From positions 558,001-622,000 of the forward strand of contig OZ025650.1 in assembly GCA_964019335.1 (NCBI GenBank): 64,000 bases of DNA, read 5' to 3'. Within the stretch, counting starts at the first letter, position 1. Each line of letters begins with the position of its first letter. Under the pieces are notes generated by a model. That model saw nothing but the letters and a program-made list of their open reading frames with translations. It was not told the DNA's origin and searched no databases. The stretch is from Diplonema japonicum. Lineage: Eukaryota; Protista; Euglenozoa: Diplonemea. Both the position numbers and the translations under genes were made by a program. Of the stretch, positions 1 to 10,456 are shown in pieces.

Positions 1-3000
1 TCTCAGCTGCTCTTGCGTTATAAAGCTGTCAACAAGCCATTGGGGGAAGGCATCGAGACCTCTTTCATCCTTTTGGTCATCTTCTTTAGATGCCTTCTGA
101 ATGAAGTCTGCTGCTTTGCTCATTTTCGAATTTGTCACACCAGATTGATGGAACTCGTTGTCGTTTTGAGTGACAAATGTACTCCCCTGCTGCTTGACCT
201 TTTCGTAAGCAAGGGATTGGTAATACATGTCTATGGGCAGTTGGTTGTACAACGTGGCGGCCACTAGAATATTTTTCTGCGCCATCTGAACATTTAAACT
301 TCTCCTCAGGTCAGGGATGCTGTGTGACAAGATGCGTTTCAGCCCTGCAGCAGAATGAAAATCGAAGTGTGCCATGCCGTGTTCAAACTCGGCGATAGCC
401 AGCTGTGTCAGATACTCTGTGCGCAGTGCGATGACCTCTGCCATGTCAATGTCGTCTGTGTGATCATCGATTTCTGCGTACGTTTTCCGTGTTTCGAAGT
501 CCATCGCCTCGAACTGAAACTTCTTGACGTCGATGCCCATGAGGCAGCCCTGCTTTCTGTGTATGTTGTAGAGCAGCTCTGTCTCGTACAGAGCATCCAA
601 CAGCGAGCTCCTTAGTATCACTGCCTCCATGGTGTCGTACCACAAGCTTCGCTGCAATGCTTCATCTTTCTTAACTTCGCCCTTCTTATTGGTGGGTACG
701 TTTTCTTCCAGCAAACTGTTGATCACACCATGCACTGCTTCTGCATCGTCGAGAAACGACCTGTCATCAGTGTCCTCGTTGATGGCAGCACTCTGCAGCT
801 GTCGCTGGACACGTTCCTCTTCGGTTAGCACCTTCCATTCCACGAACATCAACTGCAGTGCTTGTTGCTTAACAGCACTCAAGATACCCATGCCAGCACC
901 AAAGTCATTCATCACATTCATCGTTATGTAATTGACAAGCTCCATAACATCAGCTATAACCCCCAAGCTAGAGTAGAAATCGAGGATGTTCACAACCGAC
1001 GATCCTGGGAACAGTGCGTTGTACAACTTGGTGTCCGATGTTGACATCTGTGGCAGCCCTGCGTGTGACCACCAGTCCATTGTGTTCGAGGCCTTGTAGA
1101 TGGAAGAGATTGAGCGCTTCTCCTCCGTGATCTGCGTGTTGATGATCTCCCTGATAAGCGAGTAGATCAGCTCGTAGACTATGGTTTCGTTAGAATAAGC
1201 TGCTGTGAAGTATGTGTCATTCAAATCGAGCATGGGGCGCATGGAAATGGTTTCCAGGATCAATTGAGAAAGTCTCGTGAGCTCTTCTGGGTCTGTAGAA
1301 TGCTCGTATGCTTCCATGTAGCAATCGATGACTTTTCGCTTCCCGTCTTGGAACCAGGTCTCGCACTCATAAAGATCTTCGAGAATGGTGACCCTATCCA
1401 CATCCTGCCCCTCTGCCACCTTGTACAGCCCAATGTAGTGCGTCCCTATTTTGAGGAGTTCGTGTTCAAGCGTTTCTAAATCGCGAAGAGCAAGGTCGTA
1501 GACGATGGCCTGGCCAAACCTGTCGATCACGGTGATGGACTTTCCCGTCACCCTGTACGTGTCGTCCCTGCATTCGATGGAACACATGGAATTTATCTCG
1601 GTTCTGTTTGCACCTAAAAAAGCGTCCTCTTCGCTCTGCAACCCGTCTATGTTAAACTGGTGTAGCTTCGCCGTGAAGTCCGAGACACCACCGTCACACT
1701 CAGCATCGTCATTCACACCATCTTCTTCGTCTTCTTCGTCAGCTTCGCCACCGAGTCCCGCACGGACTTTCGTGTGCGAGACGTAACCATACCTGTCAAG
1801 ACACAGCCGCCTTCTGATTGATGTGAAGTAATTTACAATATCAAGAAGCCGCTTCCTGAATTCTCTTATTCGAACGAATCGCAACAAGTACAGAGCTTGC
1901 TTCTTGTGGCTGGACAGACTCTGGGGCACTCTACTCTTTTCGGGCTGCTTCTTCGAACTGTGCTTGTCGGAATCAGGCTTTGCACGCACTGTTGCACGCT
2001 CCACGTGTGTGCCCGCCTGCTCCCGCAGCCTTTTGACAACGTACTGGGCGTCTGTCTCGAGGAGGAAGTCGGCCTCGACCTTCAGGGCACCATCAACGTG
2101 GTCCTGGTTGTTGTTCAGTTTCATGTACACAGCCTCCAGGTGTGCTGGTAAGGGAGTCTTTTTTTGTTCGAACTTCTCCCAAGTTGAGTAGGCCAAGTAT
2201 ACTTTCTGCAGAGTCTCATCTGGATCCTCGAAAGTGCCTTCACCACTTTCTATGCCTGAAGCTGCATGCTCTGCGGTGGTTTTCCGTTTTCCCTCGCTAT
2301 TTTTCTTATGCACAGACAGCTCGTACGGTGAATACTGGGAGGCCTGTGTCTGCGCACTGAACACCGCTGCAAAGCGCTTATTCACGGAATAGGAGTACTC
2401 TTGCGAATCGTCGTTGACACCGCGAAGCCTGAAGCAGGTGGTGAGTTCCTCAAGGACAGGCTCCATTTCTTCATCCGTGAGCGCCATCAAGGGTATGGGT
2501 GTCTTTATGGGTGTCGATGTAATGTGGTCGGAAATAGGAGTGAAAAGTTCCCATCTCTTTTGCACAACCAACCACTTGCATTTTGTAGCAAATCTGCTGA
2601 ATCTTCGTCGTGACCTGCTAGCATAACATGTGTGGTTCAGCCAGATCCAGAAGTCTGTTAAACGTACTTTGTCGACTTCCGCGCTGGGTTCCGTGCTCTT
2701 GCCATCTTGCTGGTTCAATTGCTGACGCCGTGGACCGGCCTGCTGCTGCTGTTGTTGTGATTGTTGTTCTTGCGGTTGTTTCTGTGCGTGTTCTCGCGTC
2801 GCTTGCAGTGCTTTCTTCGCGTGTTTTAACCTGATGAGGGCAGATTCAGTGTACTGACAGTCATCGGAGAGGTTTTTGAGCTTAGTATGCAGCAGTACAT
2901 CAGCACTACTTGAGATATCGCTTCCTGAGCAGTGACGCGCCCACCGGAAAAGCAGCTTGTATCGCCTCAAGGGGTGCGATTTCTGTCGATTTGCGTAGAA

Positions 3001-3396
3001 TTCGCACAGTGTGTTGACAACAAATGGGTGCGTGTTGCGACTTTCGGCAGACAGTGCTACACTCTTGATGAGGACTTCTGCAAGGTTTTGGACAGGCGGT
3101 GGTTTAGGGATGGCGCTTGCTTCTTTTATGATATCATCTCTGTCCTTCCTGTGGTCAAGCACGGAGCCCACGTCAGAGAATAAGGAGAGAACATTGTTCG
3201 GCTCGGGCAGCGAGTACATCTCTTGCCGTACATTTATTGTTTCCTGTATTTTGTTGATCGTTTTTTCCAACTCAAACTCCAGAACACGCTCGTCCCGTGA
3301 CTTGGAGACATCCTCGTCAGGCGTATCAATGTCCGCGAAAGCCACCATGTCGGGGTAGGACTTCTTGTGCTGCCGTAAATCAGAATTGGTGTCCAT
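1..3396 (-). CDS. Large hypothetical protein (>1130 aa, runs off the window); possibly DUF4549/CCDC162-like
   Basis: Absent from the ORF track because it has no stop inside the window. ATG at 3396 (in-frame alternative 3423) reads MDTNSDLRQHKKSYPDMVAF...RYKLLFRWARHC...Q-rich stretch; the frame is open at both ends where checked. The family guess rests on the RYKLLFRWARHC segment only. Confidence 0.75.
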   Translation of the reverse strand, partial: MDTNSDLRQHKKSYPDMVAFADIDTPDEDVSKSRDERVLEFELEKTINKIQETINVRQEMYSLPEPNNVLSLFSDVGSVLDHRKDRDDIIKEASAIPKPPPVQNLAEVLIKSVALSAESRNTHPFVVNTLCEFYANRQKSHPLRRYKLLFRWARHCSGSDISSSADVLLHTKLKNLSDDCQYTESALIRLKHAKKALQATREHAQKQPQEQQSQQQQQQAGPRRQQLNQQDGKSTEPSAEVDKVRLTDFWIWLNHTCYASRSRRRFSRFATKCKWLVVQKRWELFTPISDHITSTPIKTPIPLMALTDEEMEPVLEELTTCFRLRGVNDDSQEYSYSVNKRFAAVFSAQTQASQYSPYELSVHKKNSEGKRKTTAEHAASGIESGEGTFEDPDETLQKVYLAYSTWEKFEQKKTPLPAHLEAVYMKLNNNQDHVDGALKVEADFLLETDAQYVVKRLREQAGTHVERATVRAKPDSDKHSSKKQPEKSRVPQSLSSHKKQALYLLRFVRIREFRKRLLDIVNYFTSIRRRLCLDRYGYVSHTKVRAGLGGEADEEDEEDGVNDDAECDGGVSDFTAKLHQFNIDGLQSEEDAFLGANRTEINSMCSIECRDDTYRVTGKSITVIDRFGQAIVYDLALRDLETLEHELLKIGTHYIGLYKVAEGQDVDRVTILEDLYECETWFQDGKRKVIDCYMEAYEHSTDPEELTRLSQLILETISMRPMLDLNDTYFTAAYSNETIVYELIYSLIREIINTQITEEKRSISSIYKASNTMDWWSHAGLPQMSTSDTKLYNALFPGSSVVNILDFYSSLGVIADVMELVNYITMNVMNDFGAGMGILSAVKQQALQLMFVEWKVLTEEERVQRQLQSAAINEDTDDRSFLDDAEAVHGVINSLLEENVPTNKKGEVKKDEALQRSLWYDTMEAVILRSSLLDALYETELLYNIHRKQGCLMGIDVKKFQFEAMDFETRKTYAEIDDHTDDIDMAEVIALRTEYLTQLAIAEFEHGMAHFDFHSAAGLKRILSHSIPDLRRSLNVQMAQKNILVAATLYNQLPIDMYYQSLAYEKVKQQGSTFVTQNDNEFHQSGVTNSKMSKAADFIQKASKEDDQKDERGLDAFPQWLVDSFITQEQLR

Positions 3397-3473
3397 TTTA
3401 CCCACCCTCTTGTTGGAATACATGAAAGGGAGCATAAAGTGAAAGGTAAGTGGTGTATGTGTATGTGTAATGT

Positions 3474-3742
3474 TCATGCTTCGGGTACCATCCCTTTCAA
3501 AGTCCCGCCATTCTGACCATATGCCGTCGCGTCAAATTTCTTATCAATGGTAACATTGTAAGTGCATCTGTCCGGTCTATCGGCATTCACCCCAGTACCG
3601 CATGACTTGGGTACAATCTTCCAGGAACCTTTAACACCCCAGCCCTGTCCGTTTCCACCAAAGTCCGTGTTCTGTGTTGAGTGTGCAGCATTGTTTTGCA
3701 TACCGTGTTAGCGAGGAACTGGTAGGGACCGAAGTCGGACAT
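3474..3742 (-). CDS. Small (78 aa) Gly/Cys-containing hypothetical protein, paralog of 3848-4143
   Basis: Removing the 32-nt intron 3672-3703 (GTATGC...CACAG) gives MSDFGPYQFLANTNTDFGGNGQGWGVKGSWKIVPKSC...DRCTYNVTIDKKFDATA...PEA*. Confidence 0.65.
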
Positions 3743-3847
3743 GTTGGTGTAGTTCCTTGAGGCCGTAAACAAGCAAAAATATGGTGAAGGGTAAGCAAAT
3801 TGTGAATAAAATGGTGTACCAGTGTAGATTTTCCTCGCCTTGTTCAT

Positions 3848-4143
3848 TTAGAAGAAGTCGTTGCCGACAGCATTGGCATTGCCCTGGACATTGTCACCGA
3901 TGGTTGCATTAGCCCCCATGCCACCCGCAGCAGCCGCTGTGTCGAAAGCACCACCGCTGCGGAACCTGTAAAGTAATAAATAGAACGCAACAACACATAC
4001 TTATATTTGCACATCCACCCGTAGTCGGAGTCATTCATGCACGAGCCGCCAATGGCCGCGTAGGACCCCCCCTTACCCCATGTGTCGACCTTGCCACTGT
4101 ACTGGAACTTGTTCCCAGTCTGAGGTCCTCCAACAACAGGCAT
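3848..4143 (-). CDS. Small (86 aa) Gly/Cys-containing hypothetical protein
   Basis: Removing the 35-nt intron 3966-4000 (GTATGT...TTACAG) gives MPVVGGPQ...WGKGGSYAAIGGSC...WMCKYKFRSGGAFDTAA...NDFF*. Confidence 0.7.
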
Positions 4144-4248
4144 TATGTTTGTGTAGTTGCTGTGGTGTCGGTGTTTGCGCTACGTCGTGAATGTTAATAA
4201 TTAGAAAATAACTGTGTAACTGAAAATACTAAATAAGGCAGGAAGGTA

Positions 4249-7200
4249 TCATCTCAGTCTTACAGGTGTCTGGACGAGGAGGTTTTTAAACGGGCGCTTC
4301 TTCCGATCACCTTTGGTGCAGGCCACGCCCATGGAGGCTGGGCTGAGTTGCCTTGATATGGCCTGTGTTAGAAGTTTTCTTCGATGGTTAGGGGGTTCAG
4401 TCTGCTCAGGGTGGCATGGAATAGGGCTAGTTACCGGAGCACCTAGGGCGGCCGCTGGTCGGTGCACGTCTGTCACATTGGCGTAAGACAGACACGTGCC
4501 GTTGGGATAAAAGGAGGCGTGTGTGCACGCAGAGATGGATTCGCACTGTGTTGTACAGCGCTGCAGATCAGTATTTTGGGTTTCGAGGATAAGCACTCCT
4601 TGCACTTCTGAGTCCTGGTAACACGTGTTTTCTGGATCTGGACAAGGTACAGGACCTGAGACAGCAGCACCCTCTTCAGAGACAACACGGGACATAGTGG
4701 CTTTCTTTAGAACACACCGCTGGTAGTCACTACTGTTCTTCTCGTCAGTGTCATAAAACGTGAACAGCGAGCAGCTACTCCTTCTCTTACACTCGGAGTA
4801 ACACACTTTCGTGTTCTCGATGTTGCTCAGCTCAGTCAACTCCTCCCCCTCTATCACGCCTTCCATCATGCATATCTCTTGTTCCAACTGGCTGCTGTGC
4901 TTCTTCTCAGTATTCCTCGATTTAATGTAGCACTCAGGTCTTGGGGGATCATTTTGGCACAAGCCGCCAAAGTACGGGTCCTTCCATGGAAACTCTTCGA
5001 GCCAAGCACCCCATCTGGCATAATGCACATTTCCAATAGGGAACACGCCAGGTTCCACTTTACCATGTTGATATTCAAATGTGTTGATGTGTACAAGCTT
5101 CTCAGAGGAACCAAACAAAGCAAGAGCTGCAGCTCGGAGGGGTGCATCACCCCACCTTGCACTGAACACACCTCTGTACGTCGAGTTGAGGAACGCTTGC
5201 ACGTCAGGCCGTTTAAAGAAATGTGTGTCCACCACTTCGAAGTTGTTGTAGAACATGGGGTGGGGCGGCTTGCACTTGCTGTCCTCCAAGCAAGCAGCAG
5301 GGATGCCATGTGCGATATAGAACCGTGTCTTTTTTACGAGTAGCGGGTAAGCCTCCTTGAGGAAGGTAGAGAGGCCCATCGTCACCGAGTAAGGATCGTA
5401 ACAGAAGGAAAGGTACCCATAAATCCCGTTCTCAAGGGCAACATGTGTGATGGGATCCATCAGTGGCGTGCTCCTTATGACTGAATCGGTGTCCAAGCGC
5501 ATCAAGTACTTGTAAGGGGACAGCACAGGTAGGTGGAAGATAACATAGTTCCAGAACCAGATCATCCTGCGGTAGGAGAGGTTACCTAACTTCTTGCTCT
5601 TCGACATTTTCGCCGGAAAGAACTCCTGCCCCACGTTCCAACTCTCGAGTGGGACAACCGTCCAAATGATTTCTCTCTCGTGTGTTGTGCACTGCTCTGA
5701 AGCAAAGATCGATGTGATATTCTCCTTCTCTTCTACTGTTGCAAGCTCATTTTCTGTTTGCAGCATGACTAAGGGGTAAGGATCAGAGAGGTGTTTGCAT
5801 ATGGACCAGAACATGTCCCACCTTCTGGGATCCTCGAAGTGCAGTACCACAATTGCGCCTGTGGGCTGAGTTACAGTAGATACATTGTGACAAGGTGGGA
5901 AATTAACCGTGCATTCCTTAGCTCTCAGGGCTGCCGTGATATTGTCTGCGGATACTCCCGCAGCACATAGTCCAGACCATTCCTCTTCACAGCCGCGGTT
6001 AGCCTTGCACACTTGATTGCCCTGTGAACCCATGTTATATGCTATAGGTGTCACAAACTTCACAACCCTCCCACCGTGGATGCCTTCTACCTGTGTAATG
6101 AGCCTGCAATCCTTCCCCTTCTTTTTAGGTGGTGGGTGATAGCAATGCCCTTGAAAATACTTGTTTTCCCATGGAAATCCCTTCTGCCAGGCATCCCATC
6201 TAGCATAATGCACATTTCCAATAGGGAACACGCCAGGTTCCACTTTACCATGTTGATATTCAAATGTGTTGATGTGTACAAGCTTTTCAGAGGAACCAAA
6301 CAAAGCAAGAGCTGCAGCTCGGAGGGGTGCATCACCCCACCTTGCACTGAACACACCTCTGTACGTCGAGTTGAGGAACGCTTGCACGTCAGGCCGTTTA
6401 AAGAAATGTGTGTCCACCACTTCGAAGTTGTTGTAGAACATGGGCTGAGGAACTCGGCACCCTTTCGCGTCACGCAAGCATGTTGCTGTGATATGGTGCA
6501 TTGGGTGGTGCGGTTTTTTTGCTTCCACTTCGCGCATCTTGTCAAGGTAGTGTTTGTGCAAATGCTTGTAAAGGCCACGTGTCACAGCTTCAGAATCATA
6601 ACAAAAGGAAAGGTACCCATAAATCCCGTTCTCAAGGGCAACATGTGTGATGGGATCCATCAGTGGCGTGCTCCTTATGACTGAATCGGTGTCCAAGCGC
6701 ATCAAGTACTTGTAAGGGGACAGCACAGGTAGGTGGAAGATAACATAATTCCAGAACCAGATCATCCTGCGGTAGGAGAGGTTACCAACTTTCTTGTCTA
6801 ATGTACTTTTCTTCGGAAAGTGCTCCTGGCCAACAATCCATTTGTTGCTTGGTACCACAGAATAAATAACCTCCCGTGTGTTCACCGCACAATCCTTAGA
6901 TCTGAAAATAGAAGTTATGTTCTCCTTTTCTCTTGTTGCTGCAAGCTCGTTCTCTGTTTGCAGCACGATTAACGGATACGGGTCGACGAGGTGTTTGCAT
7001 ATGGACCAGAACATGTCCCACCGCTTGGGGTCTTCATAGTGCAGCACTACAATAGCACCATCCTGTTGCGTTCCAGGCTGGTCACAAGGTGGGTGGATGG
7101 CACAGCCCAGGTTGCCGAGGTAGCTCGATATTTTTGAATTATTCTGCTCACTTGCGCAAAGCTCGCGCCACCCCTGGATGCAGTTGTCATTGTTCTTACT

Positions 7201-7383
7201 ACACCACCTGTCCACAGGGTGGCCCAATTTTTTGCACTTCACACAGCCGCCGCATATGGGTGCATGGGGTGCCTTGCTCCTCACTTCAACGACTACCTCG
7301 TTCTGCGCCAAGTACCCAAGAAGCAATGTTACAAATGCCACAAGCAGCATCCCTATCCGCATTCGCAGTCCCACGTGGCGCAT
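4249..7383 (-). CDS. Type II membrane glycosyltransferase with two tandem GT15 (Kre2/Ktr alpha-1,2-mannosyltransferase-like) domains and C-terminal PAN/apple-like Cys domains
   Basis: N-terminal signal anchor (MLLVAFVTLLLGYLA). YLMRLDTDS, MFYNNFEV and RWGDAPLR each occur twice. CYSECKRRSSCSLFTF...CVLK and CTTQCESISACTHASF are PAN-like. Likely start MRHVG at 7383. Confidence 0.85.
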   Translation of the reverse strand: MRHVGLRMRIGMLLVAFVTLLLGYLAQNEVVVEVRSKAPHAPICGGCVKCKKLGHPVDRWCSKNNDNCIQGWRELCASEQNNSKISSYLGNLGCAIHPPCDQPGTQQDGAIVVLHYEDPKRWDMFWSICKHLVDPYPLIVLQTENELAATREKENITSIFRSKDCAVNTREVIYSVVPSNKWIVGQEHFPKKSTLDKKVGNLSYRRMIWFWNYVIFHLPVLSPYKYLMRLDTDSVIRSTPLMDPITHVALENGIYGYLSFCYDSEAVTRGLYKHLHKHYLDKMREVEAKKPHHPMHHITATCLRDAKGCRVPQPMFYNNFEVVDTHFFKRPDVQAFLNSTYRGVFSARWGDAPLRAAALALFGSSEKLVHINTFEYQHGKVEPGVFPIGNVHYARWDAWQKGFPWENKYFQGHCYHPPPKKKGKDCRLITQVEGIHGGRVVKFVTPIAYNMGSQGNQVCKANRGCEEEWSGLCAAGVSADNITAALRAKECTVNFPPCHNVSTVTQPTGAIVVLHFEDPRRWDMFWSICKHLSDPYPLVMLQTENELATVEEKENITSIFASEQCTTHEREIIWTVVPLESWNVGQEFFPAKMSKSKKLGNLSYRRMIWFWNYVIFHLPVLSPYKYLMRLDTDSVIRSTPLMDPITHVALENGIYGYLSFCYDPYSVTMGLSTFLKEAYPLLVKKTRFYIAHGIPAACLEDSKCKPPHPMFYNNFEVVDTHFFKRPDVQAFLNSTYRGVFSARWGDAPLRAAALALFGSSEKLVHINTFEYQHGKVEPGVFPIGNVHYARWGAWLEEFPWKDPYFGGLCQNDPPRPECYIKSRNTEKKHSSQLEQEICMMEGVIEGEELTELSNIENTKVCYSECKRRSSCSLFTFYDTDEKNSSDYQRCVLKKATMSRVVSEEGAAVSGPVPCPDPENTCYQDSEVQGVLILETQNTDLQRCTTQCESISACTHASFYPNGTCLSYANVTDVHRPAAALGAPVTSPIPCHPEQTEPPNHRRKLLTQAISRQLSPASMGVACTKGDRKKRPFKNLLVQTPVRLR
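5015..6785. repeat. Intragenic duplication with near-identical blocks (about 5015-5255 vs 6200-6445; about 5405-5585 vs 6605-6785)
   Basis: Direct nucleotide identity at offsets of 1185 and 1200 bp. Confidence 0.9.
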
Positions 7384-7562
7384 GTTACTCCTACTACCTG
7401 GGGGTTTACAGGACTTGAGCAGGTTTCTGATTGAGAAAAAAAAAATTGATAAGGGCCAGAGCCCTGCTGACGTGTACTCAATAGGACGAAAGGGAACGGG
7501 AACTGAGAACCAAATGGCACAAACATGGATGGGGAACAGAGAGGAATTTAAAATTGCTATGA

Positions 7563-7926
7563 TCATTTCTTTTTCTTCGCCAGCATATCGCGTATCGCTG
7601 CAGACATCTGCCCCTGTGAGAGCTTTTTAGGGGTACGGGATTTTCTGAAGGTTTGATGAGGTGGAGGGGTGTATGTGGGGCGCTCCGATGCCTTGATAAG
7701 CTTGCCTGCAAAATGTTGATGTTTATTTGGTAATGTGCATACCTGGTTTGAAGGGAACAAGCTTGCCTTCAGAAGCAAGGTTCTTCTCAACCTCTTCAGG
7801 ATTGATTGTCACTTTCTGCTCGCGTTCCTGCTTTCTTTTCAGCGACTTCCTGTTCTTGTCCAGCCTCGAGGCCCCCGGTACAATACCCTTCCGTGACTGG
7901 TCGTGCTTGATACTACCTCTGCCCAT
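7563..7926 (-). CDS. Small basic (Lys/Arg-rich) hypothetical protein, possibly nucleolar
   Basis: The 37-nt intron 7706-7742 (GTATGC...TGCAG) joins ORFs 7723-7926 and 7563-7790 in frame. Confidence 0.7.
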
Positions 7927-8713
7927 TGTTATAAGCTAAACCCCTGTGAAACTAGTCTAAGGGCGAACGAAAAGTAAACAATAATAAATAAACAAACCCA
8001 TAATGAAAGGGAGAAGGGGATGAAAGCCATACTAAAAAGAATAAAACAGAATGCAACAAAAGCCACTGCCCGGTGTCCACAGACAGGACATGTCGAAGAA
8101 TAATAACACAGTGCCACAAACTGAAGATGCAGAGGCACCAAGCAAAGAGACACCAATACTGTGAAATATTGGCAAAAGCCTCTCGCCCCTTGCCATGGTA
8201 GAAGATCCTCAGGTTTTAAACATGTCGCGACGTCCCTAGACACCAGACAGCATACGGATCACAATGTTATGGATCCTATCTTGCAGTCGAAGCACTCCTG
8301 CTACTTCTACTCTTGAAAGAAGAAGAGGAGAAGAAAAAAAGAGAGAAGGAAGAAATCAAAAAAAAAAGAAATAAGAAAGGAAGTCAGCAATAACATGTGC
8401 AAAACAGGTTCTTAGAGTACACATGTACATGAAGTATGTGCCATTGACGGCACAGAGGAGTTATGGGTGGGAAAGACTGAATACGAAAGACGAAGGGTGG
8501 GATTGGGGGAAAAGAACAAATAAAAGGAAGTCAGACAGATAAAGATTACGGAGAGAAGAAACAAAGAGAGAATACAATCTGAAGCTCTCAAAAGATTTTT
8601 GATTTAGTTAATTATTTCCAGCACCTGAGAAGGGCTTGGGTCGAGTTCAGTAAAGACACGTACGACAGCCGAGTGGACCTCATGCATCAGAAGGGTTGAA
8701 GGTAGATGAAGAC

Positions 8714-10456
8714 TCAAGGACCCCAAAATGGGGAGTATGCTTCAAGGATTGAGGGATCGTTGTACTTTTTCGCCATAAGGTCGAAAAGGTTGCGGTATTG
8801 ACCTGTGTGAAACTGGAAACTATAATGCAGGAACATACCCTTGTAGTCCTTCACGAACCTTTCCACCATGTGCAACTTGGAAGGGTTTACCTTTCTGTAG
8901 ATGAAGAACAGTGCTTTCCTGACCTCGTTGTCTGTATTCAACGGAGTACCGTTCAGAGCGTCGTCCAGCTCCGATGAGTGTAGGGACGACGGGATAGAAC
9001 CTTCACGCTGTAAGGGGAACGATAAGTCTGCCAGAGATGAATCGAGGAGAGGTGAGATGCTGGGGCTGAGCGTGGCCGTGCGGCTGAAAGAGAATCTCTC
9101 CTTGACTGCGTCAAAGGAGATGTTGGACGAGATGGCAACAGCAAGGTATGGGGTGCTCCTCAGTCTGCCTTTGAAGAATTGAAGAAGAGTTTTGTACGTG
9201 GGAGTAGGATCGCGCTCAAGATACTCGAGAACAGGCTCAACAAGCATTCCGATACGAGAGTCGCATTGCTGCACTGCCTGCGTGCACAGCATCGTGATCT
9301 TTGCCTCACTGCGGTAGGAGAAGGTATCGCCTTCAGTGAAAACGTAACCTTCGTCAAAAGAGTTTGCAGATGCTTTGTACGGCAAGCCCACAAGGTCGCA
9401 CGCTGGGTATGTCTCGGCGAGGATGGTGATCTGCACGCCGGTGGGAACAGAATTAAGGTAAGTTTTCCAATCGTGCTGCGTGAAGCCTCCCGCCACAAGC
9501 ATTCCTGAGTACTCATCAGCCATTCCCACGATACTGATAAATAAATTATCGCCAGGCATCGACCCGCGCACCAGCCACTCAAGACCCTTCACGAGGTCTT
9601 CCCTCGATCTGGCGGCAAGCTCATTGCATTGTGTCAGTGGGTGCTTCCTAGCGAAGAATGCACGTATCTGGTCAGTGGACCTCTGGGCATTATCGAAGCC
9701 ATTCGACACAGTGACGAGCAGGGCTTTCGATGATCCCGATCGTCTCCTTTCGCTGCGTTCGTGCTTCTTGTAAGTGTACCTCTGCGGTATCTTCGGTATG
9801 AGCAAGGATGTGTTGGCTTCGAGCCCTAGCCCACGACGACGAGAAGGGTACGTGCGGTGCACTGGCTCAAGACGTATGTTGTGCGTGATGTTTGCATACT
9901 CCGCTAATTTTTTGATGTTTTTCAAAAGAATGTGTAGGTCTTCAGAAGGTAGGACACCCCCTGCACCGTTTTGATCGACAAGTGAGCATCGCACAGGGTC
10001 GTAGTCAAAGTGTGTGGCAAGCCCTACAAGATCCCACCCCCTCCTTGTCTGGATGAACTCCTCGACTCCGTCGTGCAGCGTACCAACGAATCTCACCACA
10101 TCGCCGCTTGGGGCCCTGAAGACCACCGACCTGTCGCCTCCTGAGTCACCACCGAACCTGATATTGTGTGGCACCCCGGACATATCAGCCAGCTTCACCA
10201 GTTTTTCAAGAATATGCTCGGCCTCATCTGCAGGGAGAATACCCCCTCTTCCACTCTCGTCGGAAAGATGCCTAATCGCAGCGTCGTAGTACAATCTCCT
10301 GGCCTCACCCTTTTCTTGCCAATCACCACCTTCAAACACCCATTCCACGAGGAACCCATCCTCCTCAGAGAACTTGATGTATGCACCATTCGGCGATCTG
10401 AACTGAACGCAGGAGGCTCCTCCTTCGCTGCTGTCAGATGTATGTACGCTGGACAT
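8714..10456 (-). CDS. Metacaspase-like protein, apparently inactive, with two N-terminal ~88-aa repeats
   Basis: KALLVTV...GLEWLVRGSMPGDNLFISIVG matches the C14B metacaspase pattern but lacks the catalytic His and Cys. In-frame 36-nt intron 8803-8838. C-terminal YRKVNPSKL...LMAKKY helical motif. Confidence 0.7.
   Translation of the reverse strand: MSSVHTSDSSEGGASCVQFRSPNGAYIKFSEEDGFLVEWVFEGGDWQEKGEARRLYYDAAIRHLSDESGRGGILPADEAEHILEKLVKLADMSGVPHNIRFGGDSGGDRSVVFRAPSGDVVRFVGTLHDGVEEFIQTRRGWDLVGLATHFDYDPVRCSLVDQNGAGGVLPSEDLHILLKNIKKLAEYANITHNIRLEPVHRTYPSRRRGLGLEANTSLLIPKIPQRYTYKKHERSERRRSGSSKALLVTVSNGFDNAQRSTDQIRAFFARKHPLTQCNELAARSREDLVKGLEWLVRGSMPGDNLFISIVGMADEYSGMLVAGGFTQHDWKTYLNSVPTGVQITILAETYPACDLVGLPYKASANSFDEGYVFTEGDTFSYRSEAKITMLCTQAVQQCDSRIGMLVEPVLEYLERDPTPTYKTLLQFFKGRLRSTPYLAVAISSNISFDAVKERFSFSRTATLSPSISPLLDSSLADLSFPLQREGSIPSSLHSSELDDALNGTPLNTDNEVRKALFFIYRKVNPSKLHMVERFVKDYKGMFLHYSFQFHTGQYRNLFDLMAKKYNDPSILEAYSPFWGP

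Noticed and set aside
13-3358. Many short plus-strand ORFs
   Set aside because: Antisense shadows of the long minus-strand CDS that the ORF track missed because it has no in-window stop.
7384-7566. ORF-track N-terminal extensions (GT15, also Trf4-like, PEX11-like, 50028 and 59811 ORFs)
   Set aside because: They translate pyrimidine-rich intergenic or acceptor sequence; downstream ATGs fit the families better.
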